A stretch of 64,000 bases of DNA from an uncultured Chlamydiae bacterium. GTDB lineage: Bacteria > Chlamydiota > Chlamydiia > Chlamydiales > Rhabdochlamydiaceae. The notes beneath the pieces were generated by a model. That model saw only the letters and a program-made list of their open reading frames with translations. It was not told the DNA's origin and did not search any database. Within the stretch, counting starts at the first letter, position 1. Each line of letters begins with the position of its first letter. Below are positions 26,380 through 36,216 of this stretch, in pieces. The stretch covers positions 13,569-77,568 of the forward strand of contig CAIJXB010000061.1 in the NCBI GenBank assembly GCA_903824495.1. Direction: 5' to 3'. The position numbers and the translations under genes are program-made.

Positions 26380-28848
26380 ATGCTTTTTGCCTTTGCACGA
26401 AAATTTCATTTAAGTTTGAGCCTAGCAGCTTGCTTGATCGCCCCCTTATCTGCTTTTGCAGAGAATGTAGCCATCATTGGAGGGATAGATCTGACTGGAT
26501 CTGGACCTGCCTATGCAGCTCTTGTCTCGGCTTCTGGAACATTGACACCACTTGCACTGCCAGGCGATGCAGCAACGGGAGGCATTATCAATAGCGTATC
26601 CATGAACGCTTCAGAAAACAGTCTTATCGGAGGGCAAGGTCAAAGTGCAGCTGCTTACGCAGCACTGGTTTCTTCTTTGGAAGAGGTGACTCCTCTTACA
26701 TTTAGCGGAGGACTAGAGATCCATGGAGTCATCAATGGAGCTGCAATCAACGCCTCTGGAAATGGCATCATCGGAGGAAGGGATACCACAGGACCTGTCT
26801 ATGCAGCGCTCGTTCCCTCTTCAGGCAATCCAATCGTGCCTTTGACATTTCCAAGTCCCGTGTCATCCGGTGGAATCATCAATACCGTTTCAATCAACGC
26901 CTCTGGAAATAGTCTCGTTGGAGGACAGGTTCTTTCTGGATCGCTGCCTGCCTACGCAGCGTCAGTTTCTTCTTCTGGCGAGGTCACTTCCCTTACGTTG
27001 ACAGGAGGTATAACTACAACGGGAAATATCCTATCCGTTTCAATCAATGATTCAGGAAACGGCATCATCGGAGGGCGGGATCTCACCGGAGCGGAACCTG
27101 GTTATGTAGCTCTTGTCTCTTCTTCTGGAGATGTAACGTCTCTTACATTAACAGGAGGCGTGGCTACAACTGGCGAAATCCGTTCTGTAGCAATCAATGC
27201 TTCTGGAAGCAGTATCATTGGAGGGCAAGATTCGACTGGAGGTCAACCAGGTTATGCAGCTTTTGTCTCCCCTTCAGGAACGATAACACCTCTTACATTG
27301 ACAGGCGGTGTGAGCACCAATGGGACCATCAATAGCGTTGCGATCAACGCCTCTGGGAATGGCATTATTGGAGGACAAGATCTGACCGGAGGTCAGCCTG
27401 CTTTTGCAGCTCTTGTTTCTGCTTCAGGAACTGTGACACCTCTTGTACTCGGAACGGATATGGATACAAGCGGAATTATCTATAGCGTTGCCATCAGCTC
27501 TGAAGGAAACGGAATCCTTGGAGGATGGAATTTAACAGGCTCCCAACCTGGCTTTGCGGCTCTTTTTTCTTCTTCAGGAACGGTGATCCCTCTTACTCTC
27601 ACAGGGGGAATAACTACCAATGGGTGGATCAATGGTGTAGCTTGGATGGAAAGCACTCTGCCCCTTCTCACCAAAATCCCTACAGCTTCTTTATCCGGAA
27701 ACAATTTAACTTTTGCAAGTTACATTAACGAATTTGCTCCTGACGATGCGTTTTATTTCATTCCCTCAGAGCTTGATGGGACGCTGAATTCAGCTCTGCA
27801 AAGCGCAGCTCCAACTCGTAATGGAGTGTCGACCTATACTGCAAACAACAACTTATTTTTTCTGACAACAAGCTTTGCAAATCACATCAGAAACCAGCAA
27901 TCAGAAAGTTTTTTGCAGCCCAAAGAATCTATAGCAGTCTCTGGACATCCACTGCCCTATAAAGAGCTCACGGCATCGCTCTCCGAATCTAAAAAAGTAG
28001 AGGCTAACACATCTAGCTTAATCTGGTTTGAAATGGTCGGAGCCTTGGCCTATCAAAAATCACAAGAGCAAACCGTAGGCTTTAATCCAACAACAGGTGG
28101 CGCAATCTTAGGCTTCGACCATAAGATTATACCACATTTAAGGATTGGTGGAGGGGTATCATATCTGTTTACTCATATTCATGAAAAAGAAGGACAGGGA
28201 CATAGCAACATCAATCAAGAAGATGCATTTATCTATGGGTCCTGGGACCATCGACACTTTTATGTCGATATGCTTGTAATGGGCGGAGCTTTTCAAACTG
28301 CTCAAGTAAGAAAAATTAAAATGACTGGCTTTTCCTTCAGCTCTACATCTCACCCAAATGGATGGCAATTACTCCCTCATGTGGAACTTGGCTTTAAAAG
28401 GAACATATCAAGTGGGTTTTATCTCACTCCTTTTGGTATGGTTGACCTCGCAAACGCCTGGCAAGGAAGTTATAAGGAAAAAGGAAACGGCCCCTTCAAT
28501 GTTTCTCAAAAATCTTATTATGGATCCCTTCTTCGTACAGAAGCAGGTCTGCGCTTCTACGAAACTCTCTTTTTCAAATCTTGGAACTTTAGCCTCGAAG
28601 AAAAAGTCAGTTACGTGAATACGCAATCTTTTGGTGGAGGCAAAGTTAATGCATTCCTTGTGGGTTCACCTGGATCATTTACGGTAGAAACGCTCTCATC
28701 AGCACAAAATTTAGGCGTAGCTCAAGTTGCGATGACTTTTGCACCCCTTAATGGCAAATACCCCATAAGCACCCTCTTTTATCAGGGAGAATTCGGCTCG
28801 CAATACCAATCCCATCAATTAAACCTAGAGCTTGGTTGGAAGTTTTAA
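26380..28848 (+). CDS. Autotransporter outer-membrane protein with a repetitive passenger domain
   Basis: It has a signal peptide (LSLAACLIAPLSAFAEN), about eight repeats of roughly 50 aa, and a C-terminal roughly 280-aa beta-barrel-like region with alternating aromatic/hydrophobic residues. It ends LNLELGWKF with a terminal aromatic. Confidence 0.8.
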   Translation: MLFAFARKFHLSLSLAACLIAPLSAFAENVAIIGGIDLTGSGPAYAALVSASGTLTPLALPGDAATGGIINSVSMNASENSLIGGQGQSAAAYAALVSSLEEVTPLTFSGGLEIHGVINGAAINASGNGIIGGRDTTGPVYAALVPSSGNPIVPLTFPSPVSSGGIINTVSINASGNSLVGGQVLSGSLPAYAASVSSSGEVTSLTLTGGITTTGNILSVSINDSGNGIIGGRDLTGAEPGYVALVSSSGDVTSLTLTGGVATTGEIRSVAINASGSSIIGGQDSTGGQPGYAAFVSPSGTITPLTLTGGVSTNGTINSVAINASGNGIIGGQDLTGGQPAFAALVSASGTVTPLVLGTDMDTSGIIYSVAISSEGNGILGGWNLTGSQPGFAALFSSSGTVIPLTLTGGITTNGWINGVAWMESTLPLLTKIPTASLSGNNLTFASYINEFAPDDAFYFIPSELDGTLNSALQSAAPTRNGVSTYTANNNLFFLTTSFANHIRNQQSESFLQPKESIAVSGHPLPYKELTASLSESKKVEANTSSLIWFEMVGALAYQKSQEQTVGFNPTTGGAILGFDHKIIPHLRIGGGVSYLFTHIHEKEGQGHSNINQEDAFIYGSWDHRHFYVDMLVMGGAFQTAQVRKIKMTGFSFSSTSHPNGWQLLPHVELGFKRNISSGFYLTPFGMVDLANAWQGSYKEKGNGPFNVSQKSYYGSLLRTEAGLRFYETLFFKSWNFSLEEKVSYVNTQSFGGGKVNAFLVGSPGSFTVETLSSAQNLGVAQVAMTFAPLNGKYPISTLFYQGEFGSQYQSHQLNLELGWKF
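26485..27645 (+). repeat. In-frame tandem coding repeats (about 8 units of 144-150 bp)
   Basis: The unit consensus is xDLTGxQPGYAALVSSSGxVTPLTLTGGxxTxGxINSVAINASGNGIIGG. Each unit ends in GG, at residues 85, 133, 182, 232, 282, 332 and 382, and the first unit is preceded by the GG at residue 35. Confidence 0.85.
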
Positions 28849-28857
28849 AAAAACAAA

Positions 28858-28898
28858 AGACCCCTCAGTGGCGTTTTAGCTACTGAGGGGTCTTTTTT
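28858..28898. terminator. Bidirectional rho-independent terminator
   Basis: A 12-bp perfect stem (agacccctcagt / actgaggggtct) with a 12-nt loop, a T-run after it and an A-run before it. It lies between convergent genes ending at 28848 (+) and 28908 (-). Confidence 0.85.
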
Positions 28899-28907
28899 AG
28901 AAACAGT

Positions 28908-30347
28908 TTATGCGCTTTTTTCTTTTAAAGGCTGAGAGAGTTTGACGATTTTTGCAGATTTTTGATAAGCGCACTTACCCATGATCCAAGTTTCATCAAC
29001 GTTACGGTCATCACCAAGGATCATAATAGAGAAGAGCAGACTTGCTGCTTCTTCTACCGTTTTAGGACCTGTTTTATCCGTCATTCGCGAGGTTTGCCAC
29101 TCTGCAGCCTTTTGTCCAGCTGACCAATCCAAAACAACAAAGTCAGCTTCTTTACCAACATTGAAATTACCAATTCTATCATCGAGGTATAGCGCGTGCG
29201 CTCCTCCTAAAGTAGCAGAATAAAAAGCTCTATAAGGAGACAATTTATTACGTTCAGCTTCCGCTGCATCAAAAAGGCGAGGATCTACGCTTCCATCAAG
29301 CAAGGTGTTATTACACATACCCACTTTATAAGCTTCATTGAGAACGTTAATGATCGAGAACTTATCTCCAGCTCCTACGTCGCAACCAACAGAGAAACGA
29401 ACTCTACAATTAGGATCAGTTACTTTACCCAAACGAAAGAGTCCGCTACCTAAAAACAAGTTCGAAAGTGGGCAAAAAGACACGGCTGCGCCAGCATCAT
29501 GAATTCTTTTATATTCATCGTTGGAAGTCCAAACAGAGTGCCCACCTGTGAATTTAGGTCCAAGTAGGTCGTACTTTTCAAAAGCCGCTAAATAATCAGG
29601 CACTTCGTGATGCGCGTTTGTATCTCTGATCTCATGCGGGTTTTCATTAAGGTGAGAGTTCACCCAAAGATCTGGATTTTCTTGCTTTAGCTTTTGACAA
29701 CATCCCATCATCTCATGGGTGCAACCAAGAGGGAAACGAGGGGTAATCGCATAAAGGTTTCTTCCTTTACGGTGCCATTTTTCGATCAGTTCTTTGTTGT
29801 CTTTATAAAAATTGTCAGCAGAGTCAAAAGACCCTTCCGGTGCAAATCGATCGATCCCTGTTAAACCACCGATCACAAGCATATTTCTTCTCGAAGCTTC
29901 TTCAAAGAAGGCATTAACACTTACGGGAGAATGTGTTAAAAACGCTTGGCAAGTGGTTGTTCCACCAGCTAAAAGGTCATCAAAAAAGTGCTTAGCCCCT
30001 TGTTTAGCATACGCAGGATCACTATATTTTCTTTCCTCTGGAAAAATACCTTCTAACAGCCAACCAAGCAATTGCTGTCCATAAACTCCAAGTACACGAG
30101 TTTGTGGCATATGGATGTGACCATCAACAAACCCAGGAACAATGATTCTGTCTTTAACATGCGTTATGGATATATCGGGGAACTTTTTAGAAATTTCATC
30201 ATAAGGGCCAAAGGCTTTGATGACTCCATTTTCAATAACGAGCAAGCCATCATGGTAAAAACGGGTTGCCTTTTGTTCTTGGCCTACATGTTTCCAAGGA
30301 TCATCGATAAAATCGAGGAAAGTTCCTCTGATTGCTTGAGTTTTCAT
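28908..30347 (-). CDS. guaD: Guanine deaminase (amidohydrolase superfamily)
   Basis: PGFVDGHIHMPQT, LLGWLLEGIFPEE, GGTTTCQAF, SHLNENPHEI and GCDVGAG are typical of guanine deaminase. The C-terminus is slightly extended. Confidence 0.82.
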   Translation of the reverse strand: MKTQAIRGTFLDFIDDPWKHVGQEQKATRFYHDGLLVIENGVIKAFGPYDEISKKFPDISITHVKDRIIVPGFVDGHIHMPQTRVLGVYGQQLLGWLLEGIFPEERKYSDPAYAKQGAKHFFDDLLAGGTTTCQAFLTHSPVSVNAFFEEASRRNMLVIGGLTGIDRFAPEGSFDSADNFYKDNKELIEKWHRKGRNLYAITPRFPLGCTHEMMGCCQKLKQENPDLWVNSHLNENPHEIRDTNAHHEVPDYLAAFEKYDLLGPKFTGGHSVWTSNDEYKRIHDAGAAVSFCPLSNLFLGSGLFRLGKVTDPNCRVRFSVGCDVGAGDKFSIINVLNEAYKVGMCNNTLLDGSVDPRLFDAAEAERNKLSPYRAFYSATLGGAHALYLDDRIGNFNVGKEADFVVLDWSAGQKAAEWQTSRMTDKTGPKTVEEAASLLFSIMILGDDRNVDETWIMGKCAYQKSAKIVKLSQPLKEKSA

Positions 30348-30529
30348 AAAAACACCCGTTTGTTTAGATTAATTCATTTATTATAAAATAACATCAAAAC
30401 ATCTTTATTACAATAAATAAACAAAAACAAACATCAAACAAAACACGAAAACACATTAAAGAACCATTAAGTAATAAGCTCTTGCACATTTATTAAATTT
30501 TTTGCTATCTCTTGTCTTTTTCTATTTAG

Positions 30530-32794
30530 ATGAGGTGTATCGTGATTTCAGGTAACCGCAAGTTCCTAAGGGCAATCCTCTTTACCGCTGTAGCTCTTAG
30601 CTGCTCTAAAATGGATGCAGGATCTCCAAGTACTTGGACTGGAGATGATTCATCTCAAATGCGGGTTGGATTCAACTGGGATAATGGGACGCCTAATGGT
30701 GGCCTTGCAATCTTCAATGGAGATGGCGATAATGCTCCGATTGCCAACCAAACTGGCCCTTTGACCTTTGATGAGATGGAATTTATAGCAGATACAGAGG
30801 TCTCTATCATAACGCTTCTTGAAACAAATGGTTCTGCCGGAATTGTAGCCAATCCCGGGATCTCTGCTAACTTTGCCATCTACGAACACCAATACCCCTT
30901 TTTCGATCCCGCAGCTCTTAGAGTCTCGGGTGGTCCAGCGGGCGATGGAGGAGGCTCTGTTACCTATAGCTTAGAAGGATATGGCCAACTCTACGCTCAT
31001 TCAGGGTCGACCGGAGAGACATCTATCGATGTTATCATGACACTTGGAAACAACTACTTTGAGATCGATAGCGCCGGCGAAAACCTCTTCGACAACGTAA
31101 GCTCAGACGATTTAACTGATGAAATCGCACTATTTTCAGGAGCGAACCTCACAATCAGAGGCTCAAATGCCAATATCATCAATGGTAGCATTACAGGAAC
31201 AGGTTCTTTAACAAAAACAGGAACCGGTATTCTTACGCTGAATAACGATAACACCTATAATGGCAATACCCTTGTGAGCGAGGGAACTTTGATTTTAAAT
31301 GGGAGTGTAGCAGCAGACCTTACTTTAGATCTCGGTGCTATATTGAAGGGAAATGGAATAATCGGCGGCAGCTTGATCAGCAGTGGCACTGTAGCCCCCG
31401 GAAACTCAATTGGAACGCTTTTTGTTACAAACTTCCTTCCGACAGATTCAAATGTCTATGAAGCTGAAGTCTCAGGCTCTGGCCTTTCTGACCAGATCGT
31501 GGCAACGGGTGCTGCGAATATAGCAGGAACGCTTGATGTTATTCCTTTAGATCTATCTTTTACTGCTCCTCAAACCTACAACATCATCCATGCAGGAGAC
31601 TTAACAGGCACCTTTTCAGCCTTGACTAGTAGCTCCCCCGCTTTAATGAAGCTCGATTATGGAGCCAACGACGTACTTTTAACCTATCTTCCTTTGTCTG
31701 CTATTGGTCTTGGTCACAATGCACTCGCTGGAGCTGACTGTTTTGTAACTCTTGCAGGGAGCGATCCCGAAAGGATTACTGCGGAATTGTTATCTCTTCC
31801 ATTTTCAGAGATAGAAAATGCCTTTAATCACATGCAGCCCTCTCAGTTTTCAGCGCAGAGCTGGAACCAAATATCCAACGCTCTACTCATCCGCTCTGGC
31901 TATTCAAAGCATCTTGGCGAATTTTCTGTTGATGATGAGTGCTGCGGGCCCCGTTCATCAAGTGTGTGGATCGATACGACCGGCCAGTGGCAACATCAAG
32001 GCTCCAAAGGAAATCAATTTGGCTACCGTGATGCAACAGGTGGCGTTTCTTTAGGCGCAGATACTTGCTATAACCATTTCAAACTAGGAGCTGCTGCTAG
32101 CTACACCTATTCTCATCTACACTGGAAAGAGTCTGCCGGAACCGGCCAAATCAACAGTTATTACACGGGACTTTATGGGGGATGGAGCGATACGCGACGC
32201 TATGTCGATATTGCAGTCCTTGGAGCCTATAATCGGTATAGAACAACGCGTCACATCGAATTCGGGAATATCGATCGAAGGGCTTCTGCCAATCACAATG
32301 GATGGGAGGGGCTTGCCGGTATCGGAGCTGGGGTCTTTTCTGTGATGAAGCATTTTAAAGTGGGCCCTTTTGCAAGAGTTGATTATGTCTACTTATCGCA
32401 GCAAGGGTATCAAGAATCCGGGGCAAAGAGTTTAGACCTCAAAGTAAACTCTCGCCAAGACCAACTGATCCAAAGCCAGGCCGGAGTGGTCTTAACTGGG
32501 CGCTACTTATGTGGAAGTGAACAAAATCAAGCATCGTTTGTGCCACGTCTTGAGCTTAGCTATATAAACCAAACACCCCTTGGAAGATCCCACTATTACG
32601 CTCACTTCGGTGATAGCAGCTGCGAGTTTAATGTATCCGGCTGGAACTTTAATCGTAATTTAGGGGCTGTTGGTGCCTCACTTGGATACTTAACTAGTGG
32701 TGAACGCTTTGGAATCACAGCTGAATATGATGGACAATTTGGGACTAGATATTGGAACCAAAGTGGAACTATCGTTTTCAACATAAACTACTAG
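30530..32794 (+). CDS. Autotransporter outer-membrane protein (PATR-type passenger repeat)
   Basis: GTGSLTKTGTGILTLNNDNTYNGNTLVSEGTLILNGSV is the autotransporter-associated beta-strand repeat. The C-terminal roughly 280-aa barrel ends TIVFNINY. Confidence 0.85.
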   Translation: MRCIVISGNRKFLRAILFTAVALSCSKMDAGSPSTWTGDDSSQMRVGFNWDNGTPNGGLAIFNGDGDNAPIANQTGPLTFDEMEFIADTEVSIITLLETNGSAGIVANPGISANFAIYEHQYPFFDPAALRVSGGPAGDGGGSVTYSLEGYGQLYAHSGSTGETSIDVIMTLGNNYFEIDSAGENLFDNVSSDDLTDEIALFSGANLTIRGSNANIINGSITGTGSLTKTGTGILTLNNDNTYNGNTLVSEGTLILNGSVAADLTLDLGAILKGNGIIGGSLISSGTVAPGNSIGTLFVTNFLPTDSNVYEAEVSGSGLSDQIVATGAANIAGTLDVIPLDLSFTAPQTYNIIHAGDLTGTFSALTSSSPALMKLDYGANDVLLTYLPLSAIGLGHNALAGADCFVTLAGSDPERITAELLSLPFSEIENAFNHMQPSQFSAQSWNQISNALLIRSGYSKHLGEFSVDDECCGPRSSSVWIDTTGQWQHQGSKGNQFGYRDATGGVSLGADTCYNHFKLGAAASYTYSHLHWKESAGTGQINSYYTGLYGGWSDTRRYVDIAVLGAYNRYRTTRHIEFGNIDRRASANHNGWEGLAGIGAGVFSVMKHFKVGPFARVDYVYLSQQGYQESGAKSLDLKVNSRQDQLIQSQAGVVLTGRYLCGSEQNQASFVPRLELSYINQTPLGRSHYYAHFGDSSCEFNVSGWNFNRNLGAVGASLGYLTSGERFGITAEYDGQFGTRYWNQSGTIVFNINY

Positions 32795-33877
32795 ATGCAC
32801 AAGATCCTTGCTATCCTCCTAGTTACCTTGCAAAGCATACAAAACCTGTATGCTTTTGCAGATATTTCTTTTGTTGTCATAGACCTGAAGTATAGCAAGG
32901 AGCAGGGTGTAAAAATCTGTGAGATGCAGCCCGGGTCGTTTTCACGGTTCAGTGGGATAGATGCCGGCACGGTCTCCAATCTCTATAGCGATCTACTTGC
33001 AGAGTATGGCGTCCCTGTCTATTTCACTCATCCTATTTACAAAAACATGAAGCAAGCTTTTGTAACCCATGGATGGAAAGCGGTTCACTCTATTGAAAGC
33101 TTAGCCACAAAACTTAAAAAAGCCCCCCCTAAAGACCCTAATAACCTTTTCGACTACGAGTGTTTTTTATTCTCCTTAAAAATACCCCCCATTCTACAAG
33201 GACAGCCAGACCTCTTTGCCCAAATTCTTTTCCTTGATCGGGCCATACTTCCCTACTGCCAAAGTAAACTTCATATGAACGCACTTTTTGACACTGTTAA
33301 CGAAGCAAAAAAACTACGTCCGAAATGGAACATTTATCGCAAAGGAACAAGTGAAAAACTGATAAGGGATATCATGAACGATATCCCAGGAGATCGTATT
33401 GTAATCAAACCTCTAGAGTCTACGATGGGGCGCGGCGTCATCATCTTAGACAAAAAAGATCTCCTTTCCACTTTAACCTATATTTTTACGGCAGGAAAAG
33501 AAGTACTGCTTGCAGACTTAGAAAGATCCTACTCTCAGTATGCGATCGATCCATCTGAATATTTTCTCGTGGAGGAATTTGCTGGGTCTGATCCTATTTT
33601 ACTAGGAGAAGACCTTTTACCTTATGACTGCACAATGCGTGTTATGGCAGTCCTATCCCATCATCAGCACGCTACAAAGATTACCTTCTTAGGGCAGTAT
33701 TGGTATTCTCCAAAATACCCCCTTGATGAAGCTTACACTCTCATCCAATCCCATAAAGCTAAGGGAACTTACTTTTCTGAAGTAGATCCTGAAGTGATGA
33801 GAGACGTAAAGAGCCAGCTTTCGCTGGCTCTTTTAGCCATCTATGAAAAAATGCTAATTAGTACTGGCCAATTTTAA
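32795..33877 (+). CDS. Signal-peptide-bearing protein with a possible ATP-grasp fold (RimK/TTL/YheCD-like)
   Basis: The ATG directly abuts the autotransporter TAG (tagATG). The N-terminus MHKILAILLVTLQSIQNLYAFA looks like a signal peptide. RIVIKPLESTMGRGVIILDKKDL...YFLVEEF...YDCTMRVMAV resembles ATP-grasp core strands. The fold call is by eye only. Confidence 0.4.
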   Translation: MHKILAILLVTLQSIQNLYAFADISFVVIDLKYSKEQGVKICEMQPGSFSRFSGIDAGTVSNLYSDLLAEYGVPVYFTHPIYKNMKQAFVTHGWKAVHSIESLATKLKKAPPKDPNNLFDYECFLFSLKIPPILQGQPDLFAQILFLDRAILPYCQSKLHMNALFDTVNEAKKLRPKWNIYRKGTSEKLIRDIMNDIPGDRIVIKPLESTMGRGVIILDKKDLLSTLTYIFTAGKEVLLADLERSYSQYAIDPSEYFLVEEFAGSDPILLGEDLLPYDCTMRVMAVLSHHQHATKITFLGQYWYSPKYPLDEAYTLIQSHKAKGTYFSEVDPEVMRDVKSQLSLALLAIYEKMLISTGQF

Positions 33878-34913
33878 CCGGCCATCCTCTTTCAATAACG
33901 ATCCTTGCTTTTTCATATTCTTCTGCAAGCTCATCATCAACTTCTGTCAGACGTAAACATGTAGAGTCAAATATTACCCAAGGATTGATTCCTCGGAATT
34001 TGCTTTTTATCACAAAATCCGACTGATCAAGGGATTCGCATAAGGAAAAATATTGTTTCGAATTCATGACCCTATTCATTTTTTGCTCAATTACGGGATC
34101 TTTATCAAGAGAGAGCTTATCCCAAATGTCTTGATCTATCCCGAAATGAAACTCTTCCGGCGAAAGGATCCCTATATCGAACCCTCTTAAAATAGCATCT
34201 GCAAGCCATCTAGAGGTAAGGTAGTTCCTTGGACTACCCCAACAATCTTGCGTCATGAAAATAGAAAATCTGGTAATTTTTTTCATCAGATGCGGACATG
34301 TACTAATCCAGATGTTATTTACAAAGCGAAGATCTTTAAAAATAGCTACGGCTTCTTCATGTGTTATGAACCCTTGGTGATAGGCTCCTTGTATATTGTA
34401 GTCGATGCGATCGGCACAAAGATCTGGAAGACTGCACTCTAGTGCAGGAAATAGCTCTTCCACTGGTAGAATTTGCTCTACTCTAAAATTATATTTTCTC
34501 AAAATATCCCCTAAATCGCTCTTTTCTAAAAAATGAGCGTGGATGCTATTTTGATAGTCTTTTTCTCCATTTTCTTTTCCAAAAACCCAATCCCCCACAT
34601 GAGAAAAAGCTGTATGAGAGACATCATGTAAAAGACCTGCAATTTGCTCTTCAAGAGAGACGTTATTGGCTCTTAAAATCGCAAAAACACCGACAGAATG
34701 GTCATAGCGATTATACTCCTCTTTATGACTAATGTAGTAAGCAACGCCATATTGATGGATGTTTTTAAGTCTTTGAAAAGTGGGGCTATCAATCAGCTCT
34801 AAAAGAACAGGCTCTTCTACTTCCATAGGCCCATAGAAGGTATCAATTTGTCTAGCAGATAAAATGCAAGAAAGGCTCAGCAAAAAAAATAAGCAGGTTT
34901 TGAATTTATGCAA
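33858..34913 (-). CDS. HD-superfamily phosphohydrolase with an N-terminal signal peptide
   Basis: YDHSVGVFAIL...GLLHDVSHTAFSHVGDW gives the H...HD...H metal ligands (COG1078-like). The N-terminus is MHKFKTCLFFLLSLSCILSA. It overlaps the convergent upstream-strand gene by 20 nt. Confidence 0.8.
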   Translation of the reverse strand: MHKFKTCLFFLLSLSCILSARQIDTFYGPMEVEEPVLLELIDSPTFQRLKNIHQYGVAYYISHKEEYNRYDHSVGVFAILRANNVSLEEQIAGLLHDVSHTAFSHVGDWVFGKENGEKDYQNSIHAHFLEKSDLGDILRKYNFRVEQILPVEELFPALECSLPDLCADRIDYNIQGAYHQGFITHEEAVAIFKDLRFVNNIWISTCPHLMKKITRFSIFMTQDCWGSPRNYLTSRWLADAILRGFDIGILSPEEFHFGIDQDIWDKLSLDKDPVIEQKMNRVMNSKQYFSLCESLDQSDFVIKSKFRGINPWVIFDSTCLRLTEVDDELAEEYEKARIVIERGWPVKIGQY

Positions 34914-35061
34914 GGTAGCAAGCTCCGTTGATCGTTATATGAGAGGCGCAACTTACAGCTTGCTTCCATTTTTTTTCAATCGATACTTCGCTTTGCTGGT
35001 GCAGCAAAAGCCTTGAGTTGATATTTTTTTAGCCTTTGCAACCTCATCTATAGGAGCCTCC

Positions 35062-36045
35062 ATGCTACTTTTAAGAAAAACTGTTATCTGTGTGATGTTT
35101 TTATCCTCCGTTTTTACTCAGCTTCAAAGTACACACTCTGAGCAAGTCCAAGAAAAAATCTCTAGTGTTGAAAAGGTCATCCAACAAGACCCCGGAAAGC
35201 GTGGTGTGAGCAACTTCTATACAAAGGCCCTTTTTGATGCGACTCTCACTCTTGAAAAGGTGAACCATGTAGTAATCATGACAGGCTTTTTCATTCCAGC
35301 TGCGCAGCAGCCAGAAACCGACGGTCCTCTTGGAAGCATCTTTCTTGCAGAGTCTTTGATGGCTAGAGGTAAAAAAGTAACCCTACTGACAGATAGTTAC
35401 TGTTTACCTGCGATCACAGCCTGTACTGATGTGATCAAAGACAAATTAAATCCTGACCTGTTTACAGTCCGGATATTCCCTGATGACAAAGAGCAGCATA
35501 AAGCGTTTGTTGCAGACCTTTGCTCAAAGGTTGATTGCTTAGTGTCTATTGAAAGAGTTGGAAGATCTAAAGATGGCACCTATAGAACGATGAGAGCGAT
35601 CGACATAACTGAGAAAACAGCTCCTTTGGATGATCTTTTCATCTACGCTGAAAACCATCCCGAAATGCACATAGCAAGGATTGCTGTGGGCGACGGAGGC
35701 AATGAGATCGGCATGGGAGATAAACAAAACGATGTAAAAGAGCATGTGGCCAATGGAGAGCTCATCGCCTGCGTAGTCCCAAGTGAGCATCTGATTGTAA
35801 CAGGAGTTTCTAATTGGGGAGGCTACGCTTTAGCCGGAGCTTTATGGTGTACGCTAGAAGATAAACAAACCCTATCTTTAGAAGACGTCTATCCTTCCGA
35901 TGAAGAGCAGTTTAAAATGTTAAAGAGCATGATAGAGGCTAATTGCTGCGATGGCGTTTTAGGAAAACCAGTCCTATCCGTTGATGGGATGCCTTGGGAT
36001 GTTCACCAAAAAATCCTAGATGACATTCGAGAGATCATCCAATAG
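35062..36045 (+). CDS. Signal-peptide-bearing protein, possibly DUF4392 / D-glutamate-cyclase-like
   Basis: TGFFIPAAQQPETDGPLGSIFLAESLMARGKKVTLLTD and VGDGGNEIGMG recall the DUF4392 family. This is from memory and not verified. Confidence 0.4.
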   Translation: MLLLRKTVICVMFLSSVFTQLQSTHSEQVQEKISSVEKVIQQDPGKRGVSNFYTKALFDATLTLEKVNHVVIMTGFFIPAAQQPETDGPLGSIFLAESLMARGKKVTLLTDSYCLPAITACTDVIKDKLNPDLFTVRIFPDDKEQHKAFVADLCSKVDCLVSIERVGRSKDGTYRTMRAIDITEKTAPLDDLFIYAENHPEMHIARIAVGDGGNEIGMGDKQNDVKEHVANGELIACVVPSEHLIVTGVSNWGGYALAGALWCTLEDKQTLSLEDVYPSDEEQFKMLKSMIEANCCDGVLGKPVLSVDGMPWDVHQKILDDIREIIQ

Positions 36046-36055
36046 ATATTGTTAG

Positions 36056-36086
36056 AAAAAGCCTCTCTTAAAAAAAGAGGCTTTTT
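36056..36086 (+). terminator. Rho-independent terminator
   Basis: aaaaagcctct / agaggcttttt, a stem with flanking A and T runs, 10 nt after the stop at 36045. Confidence 0.65.
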
Positions 36087-36216
36087 CTATACCTTTTACT
36101 AAAACAGTTCATGATAGTATTCTTTTTATTTACAAATTCATACACCTACTCTAGTATCAAAAATAAGCAAGGATGTGTTTTGTAAGGCTCATCTTAGCGT
36201 TATATTTTAATTCACC

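Noticed and set aside
26485-27645. Regular periodicity of roughly 150 bp that could be mistaken for a CRISPR array or satellite DNA.
   Set aside because: The repeats are long, diverged, contiguous (no unique spacers) and entirely in-frame within an 822-aa ORF. They are protein-coding tandem repeats of an autotransporter passenger.
34914-35061. A short hairpin (gcaagct / agcttgc) followed by a T-run, considered as a terminator.
   Set aside because: No gene ends upstream of it on the plus strand. It lies in a divergent promoter region, so a terminator role is not supported.
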